Shown: in pieces, positions 9,710-20,000 of the stretch
How the letters are laid out: every line of letters begins with the position of its first letter
Position numbering within the stretch: the first letter of the stretch is position 1
NCBI GenBank assembly: GCA_000934665.2
Contig: KZ538409.1
Coordinates: forward strand, 53,818-73,817
DNA from: Catajapyx aquilonaris
Taxonomy: Eukaryota
Direction: 5' to 3'
Length of the DNA: 20,000 nucleotides
Notes under the pieces: model-generated
What the model saw: the letters and a program-made list of their open reading frames with translations, nothing else
Database searches by the model: none
Told to the model about the DNA's origin: nothing
Position numbers and translations under genes: made by a program

Positions 9710-12193
9710 TAGTGGGGGCTCTTAGGGTCCAAATTCGACCAGATGGGGACAGGTTGGACAAAAGCACCATATTTTTTCCATGGTATCTGTATTGCTTACG
9801 CTTTAGATTTTTGGTAGGATCCACGTGATCAAGACAATGGATCATGAGTTATGAGTCATAATCCATGTGACCGTGTCAGCCGGTGGATACTTCTTCAATT
9901 GTTGATACTACCGCATTAAAAATAACATTAAATAGTTCCCCGCAGACTACTCATGTTATTTAAGTGTTATTTAAGTGTTACGGTACTTAAATAAGCTGCA
10001 CAATAGGGGGTCGATCAGGTGTATGATCAGTGTGCATGAATGTAATGGTAATTGTATGGGGCATTCTGCGTCAATGGGGCTACCCGTTATTGCCATGACC
10101 TTTTCCGGTTTTGGTCATATTGAAGTATATTGTAGTACCAACAGACAGGTTTGCGTAACCGAGTTTGTTTCTCGGTACGACGAGTGGTTATGAAACTACA
10201 GGGTGCCCAATGTGCCAATTTTGCTCCTTAAGCATCTGTAAGCTGTTACTTGGAGGGCAACTCCCAGAGGAACAGTTAATTCCTAAACTTTGTGTGCATT
10301 TGAAAGGTAATTTCACTCCTTATGAGATGGTCATACTCGTAATGAAGAAGACAAAGAAATTTTAAATAAAAATGATGGTCAAAAAATTTATTATTTTGAT
10401 GTTGATCGTTAATGGACCTCTGCGATTTATTTTTAACGGCGCTTAAAATGATAAGTGAAATGTTTACTTGGGATTCCGCAAAATCTGGAGAACCCCTGTT
10501 CCCTGATTCAAGAACTCTACCGAGGTAACAATAAATACCGATGTCAATGGCCGAGTAAAATGAAAAATTGCATGAAGTTAAAAGAGATTCCCATTTTAAT
10601 GGGCTTCTCAGTGAGGAAGGTGCAAGTTTCAGAATCTTTCTTGTCGTGTATGGATGGCCAAAAAAATTATCCCGTGGCTGAATGATTGATTGGATATTTG
10701 TCGATCCAGAAATAATATTACAGCTGCCACTTCAGCATTTACGTAACTGTTATTAAGCAACAATATGATAAAATGTTCTCTTTAAAACCACTGACCATAC
10801 GAACTTGACGTGTGGACAGTTGCCAATCCAGGGACACATGCGACAATGGTATTTTGGAATGATGTTGTATATGTCGTATTTCGTGTTGGGTAGTTTATCA
10901 GGGTTCATTGTTGAACACAAGAATGGACTAACCGTGTACATAGGTGGATGGAGCAACGATGAAGATTCTTCCATAGGCCTCCAGCTATGAGCATGCCTTT
11001 CTCAACAGTTGTGTAGGCTATACAGTATACATGTATACACTCAGGTCCGTTCTTGTGTCCAACAATGAACCCCGATAAACCGCCCTGCGCGAAATGCATC
11101 ATTCCAAAACACCTTCGTTATATATATGTCCCTGGAGCAGTAACAACCCAAGCACGTGTTACGATGCTCAGAGATTTTGAAGAGAGCATCTATCATATTG
11201 TTGCTTAATAACAATTAAGTAAGTGCTGAAATAGCAACTTGAATATTATTTCTGGATCTACAAATATCGGTACCCATTAAATCGCTGAGATACTTAACAA
11301 TTTTATTGGGCATCCATAAATGACACGAAAAATTCTGAAACTTGCTTCTTCAGAAGCTCATAAAAATTGTGGTCTCTTAATTAATTTCATGTGATTTATC
11401 TTATTACCCAATGACATCGGTATTTATTGTTAACTCGGTCGAGTTCTTGAATCAGGCTTTCTCGCAATATCATATGTACGTGGTAGGCCTTTATTTATTT
11501 TTAGAGCAGCAATATTATTTTATGAAATTTTGTTGCCAATTTACGGGATTTCTAGGTTTGGCGCACAAAATGCTTTTGATATTTGGCAGATATCGAATTT
11601 CTGATCTCCAGATTTGGCAGCAATCTCAAGCAAACATTTCCCGTATTATTTGAAGCGCCATTCAAAATCAGTAGTAGGGGTCGATTAATGAGTAATATAA
11701 AAATTTTGGGAACCATTTTGAATTTAAATTTTGGATTTTCTTGTGCATATGTATGCCCATCTCATAGAAAGTGAAAATACCTTTCAAATGCACACATTAA
11801 ATTTAAGATTAAGCCTGATCTTGGGGTCCTCCGAAGTAACAGCATATATAGGTCAAAAATGCTAGAAAATGGGCACATGTGACACCCTGTAGTTTCGAAA
11901 CCACGCATCGTACACATAAGCAAACTCGGTTGCATAAACCCATATATGGGGACTACAACATACCCGAATATGGTCAAAATCGGAGAAGGTTGTGTGGCCA
12001 AGGGCGGCCCCTTTGACGCGGAATCCCCCTTTGCGCAGGGCGATTTCTGAAAAAATGTCACGTGACAGGACCCATGTGCACTGATCGCGTGGATCCTACC
12101 AAAAATTATTAGCATAGGACCAAACAAAACTCCATGCAAAGTTTGGTGCTTTTGTCCAACTTGTCCCCTTCATCTCGCTAAGAGCCCCCACTA
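9710..12193. mobile_element. Non-autonomous Academ-like DNA transposon, largely palindromic (2484 bp)
   Basis: Termini TAGTGGGGGCTCTTAG...CTAAGAGCCCCCACTA. 3-bp TSD tag at 9707-9709 and 12194-12196. Inverted homology blocks run inward to ~10940/11030. No transposase ORF. Confidence 0.8.
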
Positions 12194-14679
12194 TAGTGAG
12201 TATTTCATGTAATATGGGAATCTTGTACCATGTTGTCTCTATTCCCAACTTCTTGATGAAGGTTCAATGAGGTGTATGAGAATTCTTACGTTCAATTAAT
12301 AATACGTTTTATTGTACCCAGCATTATATTGATTTGTTTTAAAAGAGTTGGTGGTTATGCAGAAATAAGCTGATTTTATTCCCAGTAATTAGCAATTATT
12401 TACCGTTTCAAATACACACAAATATTTTCATATATTTGCTACATGTGATGTTTTGGCCAAACAGGGTGTTGCCGAAAGTTAGTGCAGTTCCATATCTGTG
12501 AAAATCTTGCATCATATGCTCATGCGTTAAGTTGTTACCCTGATTGATAGGAGTGGGGAATGTGTGGATAGCACATGAAGGTTGGGAAGCATTTGCAAAG
12601 GGGTGCCAACTTGACTCAAGAGTGTAGGTGATATGTTTACCAATGTGAATGAAACCTGACTTGTGGGACACCGTGTATAAATTAGAAGGAGGTATGTGAC
12701 TAATAATTACTGATTCACAGGCCATTATGCGCTTCCTTCCAAGAAAGGAGGGATCTATCATCCAATGATTAAGTTGCTGTTGTCACATTGCAATATATTG
12801 TAGAGATCAATTTTTCGAGTATCTAATTTTTGAGGTGTACAGTACTTGTATATGTGAGAGAAAGAATAGCCTATAATGGGTCATGCCATGAAATAATTGC
12901 AAGACTGGGTTTGTGAACCTGATATATGTAAACTTGCCATCACGAAAGCCTGCAGATGAAGTAACCCTACCCTAGGGGATAGCAACTTCTGATTAATCGG
13001 TATACAGTGTCAAGAAGTAATGCGTGCAATCAACCTGCAATTACCTGTAATTGAGGTGCCATCACCTGTAACTAGATAGTAACCACCTGTAACCAGTAAC
13101 TGGTGTACACACCCTGTGATCCTACCCCATATATTTTATTGTCCCTTCACTTGACATGGAGAGATTCTGTTTCACCTGTACAGTATATGCTTAAGGTGTG
13201 TGGAAAGGTTTTCTATCATGTATCCTTCCAGAGACAATTTTAACTTCCGATGACATTAAGAGACCAGTGACTCTGACACACACTGTGTACAATTATGCAG
13301 TTTTCTACTACTGCTGCTTAAAAATGTATAACATTAAGATGAGTATTGCATTGTGCAAAGGGTTTCTGAATGAAGGTTCCAAGGGATGCCTTTCAGACGT
13401 CCTGCAAAACGTTTCCTACCGATAACAACCAGTAACAAGCCAGTCATATCATTTTATGCAAGCCTCTCTATTGGCCATCAAAAATTGTTGAGTGGCCATT
13501 TTCAAGGTCATTCATTGGTCAGTCATTAGCCAGTACAATTTTTGTGCAGAATTGGTCTCTGATCAAGACATTAATGCAATGTAGAGAAACCACCTACTGT
13601 ATTTTCAGTGCCAATGCAAGGGAAGGTAGGAGTCTTTCGTAAATGATGCGTCACTCTTTTGCATTTTACTCCTCTCTACCTCTTTGTCATCATGATTCTC
13701 ATTGGTGCACCTCTTCGTGCTCTCCATGGTGATGTCACTTATGGAAGACATTTCTTAATCTTCCTGCAGTGCACATCTATACAGGTCTGAAATACATGAG
13801 AGTGGAACCACACACACACTATAATTTATCTGCACACAAACCATTGTCAGGACATGCAGTATTATGCACAAGGCGAACAAGTTATTGTATCAGAAATGTG
13901 GCACATTTAAGCCCAGTTTTGCTATTGAGAAATGGTAATGTCACTGGAAGGTTATGTGATATCAGAACTTTGTGAATCGACAAAGCATGGTGAATGTTCA
14001 TGTCAAAAAATAACTGTTTCGTTGCTGTAATGGGGTTTGAAATATTTTTGTGCCATTTTTTTTCTAAGTCATTTAGAGTGTGTCATATTTAGAGATTTTA
14101 TTTAAATTTTCTAGTCTATCAAGTTCCTGTTGTTATACTTGGTTCAGAAATTAATCAAACATGGTACAATGTACTTAGTCTTGAACAGGATAACTGTGGA
14201 CAATAATAGCAAATTTTTAGTGTATTTCTGTGAAAGCATTTGCCATTTTAGTTATCTTCTGAGTAATTGTTAACTTTTATTGCGTTTTTTATTGTTTTTT
14301 TTTTGCTCAGTGTGTTGCAACCCTTTGAAATATGGTGCTCACTTGTTATTAGAGTTGGGTAACTTTCTTGTTTGGTTTTGCAAACCTTTTCCCCCTCTCT
14401 CAGGAAGGATATATAACATTGTTGTGCTTTTACATGTGCTGATGCCATCCGTGTGTTGACCTTGTTGAAACGAATAGTTGTCTGTTTCTACACCTTGTTA
14501 CTGTTCAACTATTGGCACTTCGCCAAACAGTGTTAATGAAAACTGCTGTTTCCAAAACATGTTTATTATACCCTCTTTAAAGACTTGTTTGTGGAATATG
14601 AATCTAGATTAGTAAATAGTAGATCTCCAGTACAGTACTAGAATCTCCTTGCCATGTTTGTACTGACTATTGCCTGCTA

Positions 14680-14685
14680 AATAAA
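14680..14685 (+). terminator. Putative polyadenylation signal of the anoctamin gene
   Basis: AATAAA followed by GT-rich gttgtgttt at 14701. By eye it is the first AATAAA after the stop codon outside the 9710-12193 insertion. Confidence 0.45.
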
Positions 14686-14741
14686 AGCATTTGAGAGCTA
14701 GTTGTGTTTATAGAAACATGTTACATCAAACTACTGTATTT

Positions 14742-14995
14742 GAAGACCTCGGGGGAAGAACGATCAAGGTCTACCTCATGTGAAACTGACAGTGAGATAT
14801 TTCAATTTCAAATTTCGAAGGCCCATAAAGTCGTATTGTAAATCCCACATTCAGGGCCTTCCATAGTGACCTGTGATCATTTCTCCACAACCACGCCCAA
14901 ACCATCATATTCTACACTAGTGAAACTATCTTCGGAGATATGTATCTCATTTTTGACAAAAAGTGGACCTTGATCCTTCTTCCCCCAAGGTCTTC
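14742..14995 (-). mobile_element. MITE with ATTT TSD (Sola1-like), copy 2
   Basis: Reverse complement of 8119-8366. attt at 14738-14741 and 14996-14999. Confidence 0.85.
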
Positions 14996-15480
14996 ATTTG
15001 ATCCTGCTTATTTCACATTTATGTCCGTTGAATGTGAAGTGTTGCTGATACTACTGGCATGGTACTTGTGATACAAAATGATGAGGACTGAAGCCTCTTC
15101 AAGGGGACAACGCCATCGAATACAGTTTTGAACATTGGTACAGTACAGTCAGCGCCGGATTTACCTCCCTGGCTGCCCTTAGGCAGTTGAGATCCCTCCC
15201 CCTCCCCACATGCAACTTTAAAATTCCAAGCAATAAATCTCAGACTTGCACAATTATTATGCACTGTATTGTCGGCTGGCATAACCCTCAGCCTACCCCC
15301 AAGTGTCTGGACCATTTCCCTGCTGATAGTACATCTTGGTTAGATCGTTAGAAAAAAATGGAATACAATTGAAATATGTCTGAAGAATAAAACACATTGA
15401 AATAGTAAGTAATGTTTTACATTTTGAAAGAGATAGACACCTTTTAGTATTAGTTTATGGTAGGACTGTGTGTGTGTTCA

Positions 15481-15830
15481 TGTCTTCAATAAGGTCTGGG
15501 GACGTAGGTCTGTGTTTCTACTGAAGCTGTGGGGACTAGTCCGCATTGTGGGGACATTTCTCGGTCCCCACAGTGTGTGTGACGTGTGTGTGACACACTG
15601 TGTACTATTAGAGTGGGGACATGTGTAAATTAGTGGGGACATGTCCCCACTATTTTCAGTTGTAGGGTTTCACAAAAGTCAATTTTTCTCAGCCTAGGTT
15701 AGTTAGTAAGTGTAGGTTAGGGTAGGTTAGGTTAGGTAAGGTTAGGTTAGGTTAGGTTAGGTTAGTTTAGGTTAGTTTACACTCGCTTCGAAAAGTTGAA
15801 TTTTCACGTCCCCACGCCTTAGTGAAGACA
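15481..15830. mobile_element. TIR element with internal (TTAGG)n, inserted in a (TG)n microsatellite
   Basis: 25-bp TIRs at 15481-15505 and 15806-15830. Repeated gtggggac/gtccccac motifs. Same-strand TG runs on both flanks (15467-15476, 15835-15850). Confidence 0.8.
15695..15779 (+). repeat. Interstitial (TTAGG)n arthropod-type telomeric repeat
   Basis: Directly visible ttaggttaggttagg run with a few variant units. Confidence 0.9.
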
Positions 15831-15864
15831 AGGCTGTGTGTGTGTGTGTGTATATATATATATA

Positions 15865-16881
15865 CAGGGTGATCCAACTCTGTGGCACCAGTAGTTATTG
15901 GAAAAATCGCGCAAGCTGCTTGTTTATAAGCAGGTCGTTGCTAAGAGATGCTTTCTGGCTCTTTCTGGAGAATCGGGAATAGCACCTGCTGATATTAGGT
16001 CCAATGCCCATGTAACAATATTAATGAGGGAAAAAAGGGTCATCCGTGGGAAACAGGCCTGTTCTGGTGTTCGCCGGAGGGTTTCACATGAGGTCACTAG
16101 CTGCCAAACCACAGGCCTAATCCGTCGGAACTGGACAGACCCGCGGGTGTGTCAATAAATAGGCCTTCTGGTCTGTTCATTGTTGGCCGCAGTTTGCGCA
16201 ACCGAGACAGGTCAACAGGCAGCGTTGTTTAGTTACCAGTAAATAAATAGTTCTTGTAGAGTCAGGACCAGGACATGCCTTACTCAGGGGGCCTGTTTGA
16301 GGGCCGCCCAAGGGCTTCTAGGGTTCTAACAGTACAGTCTGCATTGGGCATTCTCTCATTAATTGGTACTATATCGCTCAAAAAGATAGAGACGATTGGC
16401 ATTTGATTCAAGTGCAAGTTGCACTAGAGTCAAATGCAAAATCGTCTCTATCATTTTGGGCGATATAGTACATGTATGGGCATTGGACCTAATATCAGCA
16501 GGTGCTAAGACTGGTAACTAAAGAACGCTGCCTGTTTACCTGTCTCAGTTGCGCCAACTGCGGCCAACAATGAACAGACCAGAAGGCCTATTTATTGACA
16601 CACCCGGGTAGTTCCGACGGATTAAGCCTCTGGTTTGGCAGCTAGTGACCTCATGTGAAACCCTCCAGCGAACACCAGAACAGGCCTGTTTCCCACGGAT
16701 GACCCTTTTTTCCCTCATTAATATTGTTACCTGGGCATTAGACCTAATATCAGCAGGGCGGTGCTATTCCCGATTCTCCAGAAAGAGCCAGAAAGCATCT
16801 CTTAGCAACGACCTGCTTATAAACAAGCAGCTTGCGCGATTTTTCCAATAACTACTGGTGCCATAAAGTTGGATCACCCTG
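15865..16881. mobile_element. Tc1/mariner-type MITE with ~370-bp inverted arms, copy 1
   Basis: TA|CAGGGTGATCCAAC...GTTGGATCACCCTG|TA. Arms ~15865-16240 and ~16510-16881. Confidence 0.9.
16366..16471. repeat. 106-bp hairpin nested in the mariner MITE
   Basis: gtactatatcgctcaaaaagatagagacgatt...agtgcaa-g-ttgcact...aatcgtctctatcattttgggcgatatagtac. Confidence 0.8.
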
Positions 16882-16883
16882 TA

Positions 16884-17153
16884 TATATACCATGTGATAG
16901 GGCGGAGCCCTCTTACGGGGGAAGGGGAGGTTCCCAAGGGAGGGCGCTGTAATTATAGTCATTTCTGACTTTCTGAAATACACCAGACCTTTTCTCCTGG
17001 CTCTGGGCAGAGTAGGGAGTGCAATTCTGCCCCGGCATGTCGGGTGAAAAGCAGAAAAAGACCCGGCCAAGCAGAGGTTACGGGGACAGGATTTGAACCC
17101 CGGCCTCCTGCTTGGCTGACCAGTGGCGTAACCACCAGACCACCATGCCTCCC
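16884..17153 (-). mobile_element. tRNA-derived SINE family A, copy 3 (longest)
   Basis: Same head and body. Tail CCCCGTAAGAGGGCTCCGCCCTATCACATGGTATATA. Confidence 0.85.
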
Positions 17154-17159
17154 ACTACT

Positions 17160-17820
17160 GTGTATATTAAAGAGAGCCATCTTTATAGGGTACATAAAGG
17201 AGCATTTAAAATGTTCTGGTGGGTAATTCATAACGGTAGATAGAAACTCCTCTAGTGGGTGTCGAAATAAGATTGGGCAGTAAAGGGTGTTCGCAGAGCT
17301 TGTGAGAATTGGTCAGCACGAGCATGAGCAAGAAGCCAATCATCGAACCCCATTCATCCATTGGCTTCTCACTCAAACTAAAAGTCTTAAGATCTCTCCA
17401 AAACTTATTCTTGTGAGCTTGGGAACACAGCCTTGCACAAGATGTGAAAGATGGAGAAGAGTTCATTCATGTTGAATAGACACAGGGTTTATTATATTGC
17501 ACTGAACACAACATATATGGTATGCATTCAATACCTTAATATAACTTAGAGCAGTTTCAATGTTTCATAATTTTATAACTAGTCTCTTCATCGGCATTGG
17601 CAAATGAGTTCCAAGTAGGCTACTTCATACATGGGTGCACCCTTTTTATTGTATGCTGCATATCTGTCTGACTATTCACATATTCTGACGTGTGTGATTG
17701 TAAATCCAGGCTGCCAAGTGTGGAAAGGAAAACCCCAGTGTGCTCTCAAATTACTCAAAGATGCATAATTTAAAGACCTATTAGTTACAATCAACAATTT
17801 ATTTATTTGCTTACACCAAT
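17160..17820 (-). mobile_element. Possible very decayed CR1/L2-type LINE 3' fragment
   Basis: Interrupted minus-strand peptides VHPCMK*PTWNS and HPLLP...LPTRT/FKCSF faintly echo LINE ORF2 C-terminal motifs (VRPxLEYxxxVWNP; RT.RFK.SF). Weak. Confidence 0.25.
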
Positions 17821-17833
17821 ATATTCCACTATA

Positions 17834-18373
17834 CAGGGTGATCCAACTCTATGGCACCAGTAGTTATTGAAAAAATCGCGCAAGCTGCTTGTTTATAAGC
17901 AAGTCGTTGCTAAGAGATGCTTTCTGGCTCTTTCTGGAGAATCGGGAATAGCACCTGCTGATATTAGGTCCAACGGCCATGTAACAATAATATTTTATTT
18001 GCTGGTAACTAAACAACGCTGCCTGTTGACCTGTCTCAGTTTTGCCAACTGCGGCCAACAATGAACAGACCAGAAGGCCTATTTATTGACACACCCGGGT
18101 CTGTCCAGTTCCGACGGATTAGACCTTTGGTTTGGCAGCTAGTGACCTCATGTGAAACCCTCCAGTGAACACCAGAACAGCCTGTTTCCCACGGATGATC
18201 CTTTTTTCCCTCATTAATATTGTTACATGGGCATTGGACCTAATATCAGCAGGTGCTATTCCCGATTCTCCAGAAAGTAACTCTTATTGATCTCTTAGCA
18301 ACGACCTGCTTATAAACAAGCAGCTTGTTGATTTTTCCAATAACTGTTGGTGCCACAGAGTTGGATCACCCTG
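17834..18373. mobile_element. Tc1/mariner-type MITE, copy 2 (shorter derivative)
   Basis: Same TIRs and TA TSD. Left arm only ~155 bp, joined almost directly to a full right arm. Confidence 0.9.
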
Positions 18374-19568
18374 TATGTAGACTGTTTGCTTTGCCCAAAG
18401 AAGGCCACTAATGGAACATGATTTTTTAAATATCGCCCTCGACAAGTGGCCACTTCATTGAGAGGGGGGCGCTAATAATGACCCTTTCAGTGATACAATA
18501 ATAATTGTTGTCAGGTTTTTCCCCCTCATTATTATATCCAAACACTTCTGGCCTGATGTAGCCTACAGTGCCATACTGCAATCACATCAGTCTGTAATAA
18601 AAACAGTAATGCCAAAATGGCGGAATTGAACAAAAAAAGTGTTGCACTGCCTGCTCCTGCTCCTGCCTCAAGTGGTGTCCAGGGTCGTATCCCACTCCTT
18701 CAGCGGCCATGGCTCAGAGTCTAGTAGCTTCTTCCGGCCTCCTTCTTGGAGCTCAGAACAAACCGAACTGGAAGAAAACAGGCCCGTGGTCGAAAGAGGC
18801 CCAGGGTTGCCAGACGAACAGCGTTGGCAAGGATGACCAGATAGATAAACGTTTTATTCCTCTGTTACATAATTAGTATCATCCTCCACACTTTTATAAA
18901 AATAATTTTGACAAAATGTAAATAAGAGGTCTGCAGCTCGCATGATTCCACAACAGCAATGCATGAAACAGCAATTTTGTATGCCAATGGTTATAGCAAC
19001 TAATATAATAATTAAACCATTACAGGTGTCATGTAAATGCCACTCACTTGCTACAAGACACCTTTTTTTCGAATTTTTTTCCTACTATACGTTTTAATAC
19101 AAGCATAATTTGAAGTGTTATTTTGGTTAGTATTGTTGTATGGGTTTTTAAATAAAAATTGTAATCCTCAAGGTACACAAGTTTCCTCACAAAATGGAAA
19201 AAAACCTTCCCCTGTAAAATTTCATTTTTGGCACTTACCTCGATATGGAAGAGCACCCCTCAAATACAGTATATTGAATCGTGTAGCTACAGCCGGAATC
19301 GAGTGGTGCAAAGTGCAACCATATACTGTATAAGTCATGCCTCAAAATAGAATAGGGTGTCTGGTTAGTCATGAACCGGTCATGAAGTAGGTGTGCTGTC
19401 TTCTTTTTTCCTGATTTCCACTGCATTGCTAAAATTATCATTTTATTAGTAGCAACAATATAGCAGCTAGGACTACTTGTAAATATAATATTTGGTGTGA
19501 TTTGGAGCTACAGTAGCCGGACTGCTTTATTTCATTGCTCCTAGTTAGCAGCTACGCTAGTTTCACCC

Positions 19569-19608
19569 GTAGCCTAGCAACAACGCAGGTAAACACTCTC
19601 GATCAGTC
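19569..19608 (+). promoter_or_regulatory. Core promoter: RFX X-box, forkhead site and initiator
   Basis: GTAGCC-T-AGCAAC at 19569-19581 fits GTNRCC-N0-3-RGYAAC. GTAAACA at 19589-19595. TCAGTC at 19603-19608 fits the arthropod Inr TCAKTY. Confidence 0.5.
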
Positions 19609-19658
19609 ATTTACACCACTTTACCAGGAAAACGTTCCAAACCTTAGTCAAGTCAAAT

Positions 19659-19662
19659 ATGG
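19659..19662 (+). CDS. HMG-box gene, putative first coding segment (ATG G)
   Basis: caaatATGG then gtgagt donor. A 74-bp intron to AG 19735-19736 gives the HMG reading frame. That frame has a stop at 19709 and no ATG between it and the HMG box. Confidence 0.55.
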
Positions 19663-19736
19663 GTGAGTAATACACTTTTCATTGCCAAAAAAAAATTGGT
19701 CAGTGTCTTGACATGTCACATGGTACTATATTCAAG

Positions 19737-19822
19737 GTAAGACGAAGCTGGAGTCTCCTTCGGCCCGAACCCGACGTCCCAGGAGATCGCCATACATCAA
19801 CTTCTACATGAAAATCTATCCG
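19737..19822 (+). CDS. HMG-box protein exon 2
   Basis: Encodes (G)KTKLESPSARTRRPRRSPYINFYMKIYP, a basic stretch plus HMG helix 1. gtaagg donor at 19823. Confidence 0.75.
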
Positions 19823-19892
19823 GTAAGGCACGGGAAACGCAGCGTACAAATTCGGTTTGTATATTAATTGTGTTTAATTATTGAATATCCAG

Positions 19893-20000
19893 GATTTAGT
19901 TGTGGAGTTCCCCAATCAAGACATACCTGTCTATGGCCGCTTGGCGGGAGTCATCTGGCGACTGTTGACGCCAGCCCAAAAGGGCACATATGGGCGCCAG
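19893..20000 (+). CDS. HMG-box protein exon 3 (runs off window)
   Basis: atccag acceptor after a 70-bp intron, phase 0. Encodes DLVVEFPNQDIPVYGRLAGVIWRLLTPAQKGTYGRQ, matching the HMG pattern P...G..W..L...K..Y. Confidence 0.78.

Noticed and set aside
13030..13120. Cluster of (C)ACCTGTAA-like motifs
   Set aside because: Short, irregular and degenerate; cannot be told from a decayed minisatellite.
18617..18836. GC-richer segment with gccaaaATGGCG and short ORFs
   Set aside because: The + ORF from this ATG is only about 35 aa. No frame on either strand gives a recognisable protein or convincing splice pair.

Overview
Eukaryotic, probably arthropod, genomic DNA (inferred from TTAGG repeats and insect-type SINE domains). 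The + strand carries the last nine coding exons (410-9425) of an anoctamin/TMEM16 gene. All splice sites are GT-AG and the phases are consistent. A long 3' UTR probably runs to an AATAAA at about 14680. At the right edge a small spliced gene absent from the ORF track (19659 to beyond 20000) encodes a divergent HMG-box protein, behind an RFX X-box, a forkhead site and an initiator. The rest is rich in non-autonomous transposons: tRNA-derived SINEs (one with a V-domain, several sharing modules and 3' tails), several MITEs (Tc1/mariner, pogo-like, Sola-like, one with telomeric repeats inside a TG microsatellite), and a 2.5-kb Academ-like element that is a diverged palindrome. No new enzymatic system is evident. 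TE family names come from recalled terminal/TSD rules, not from database searches.
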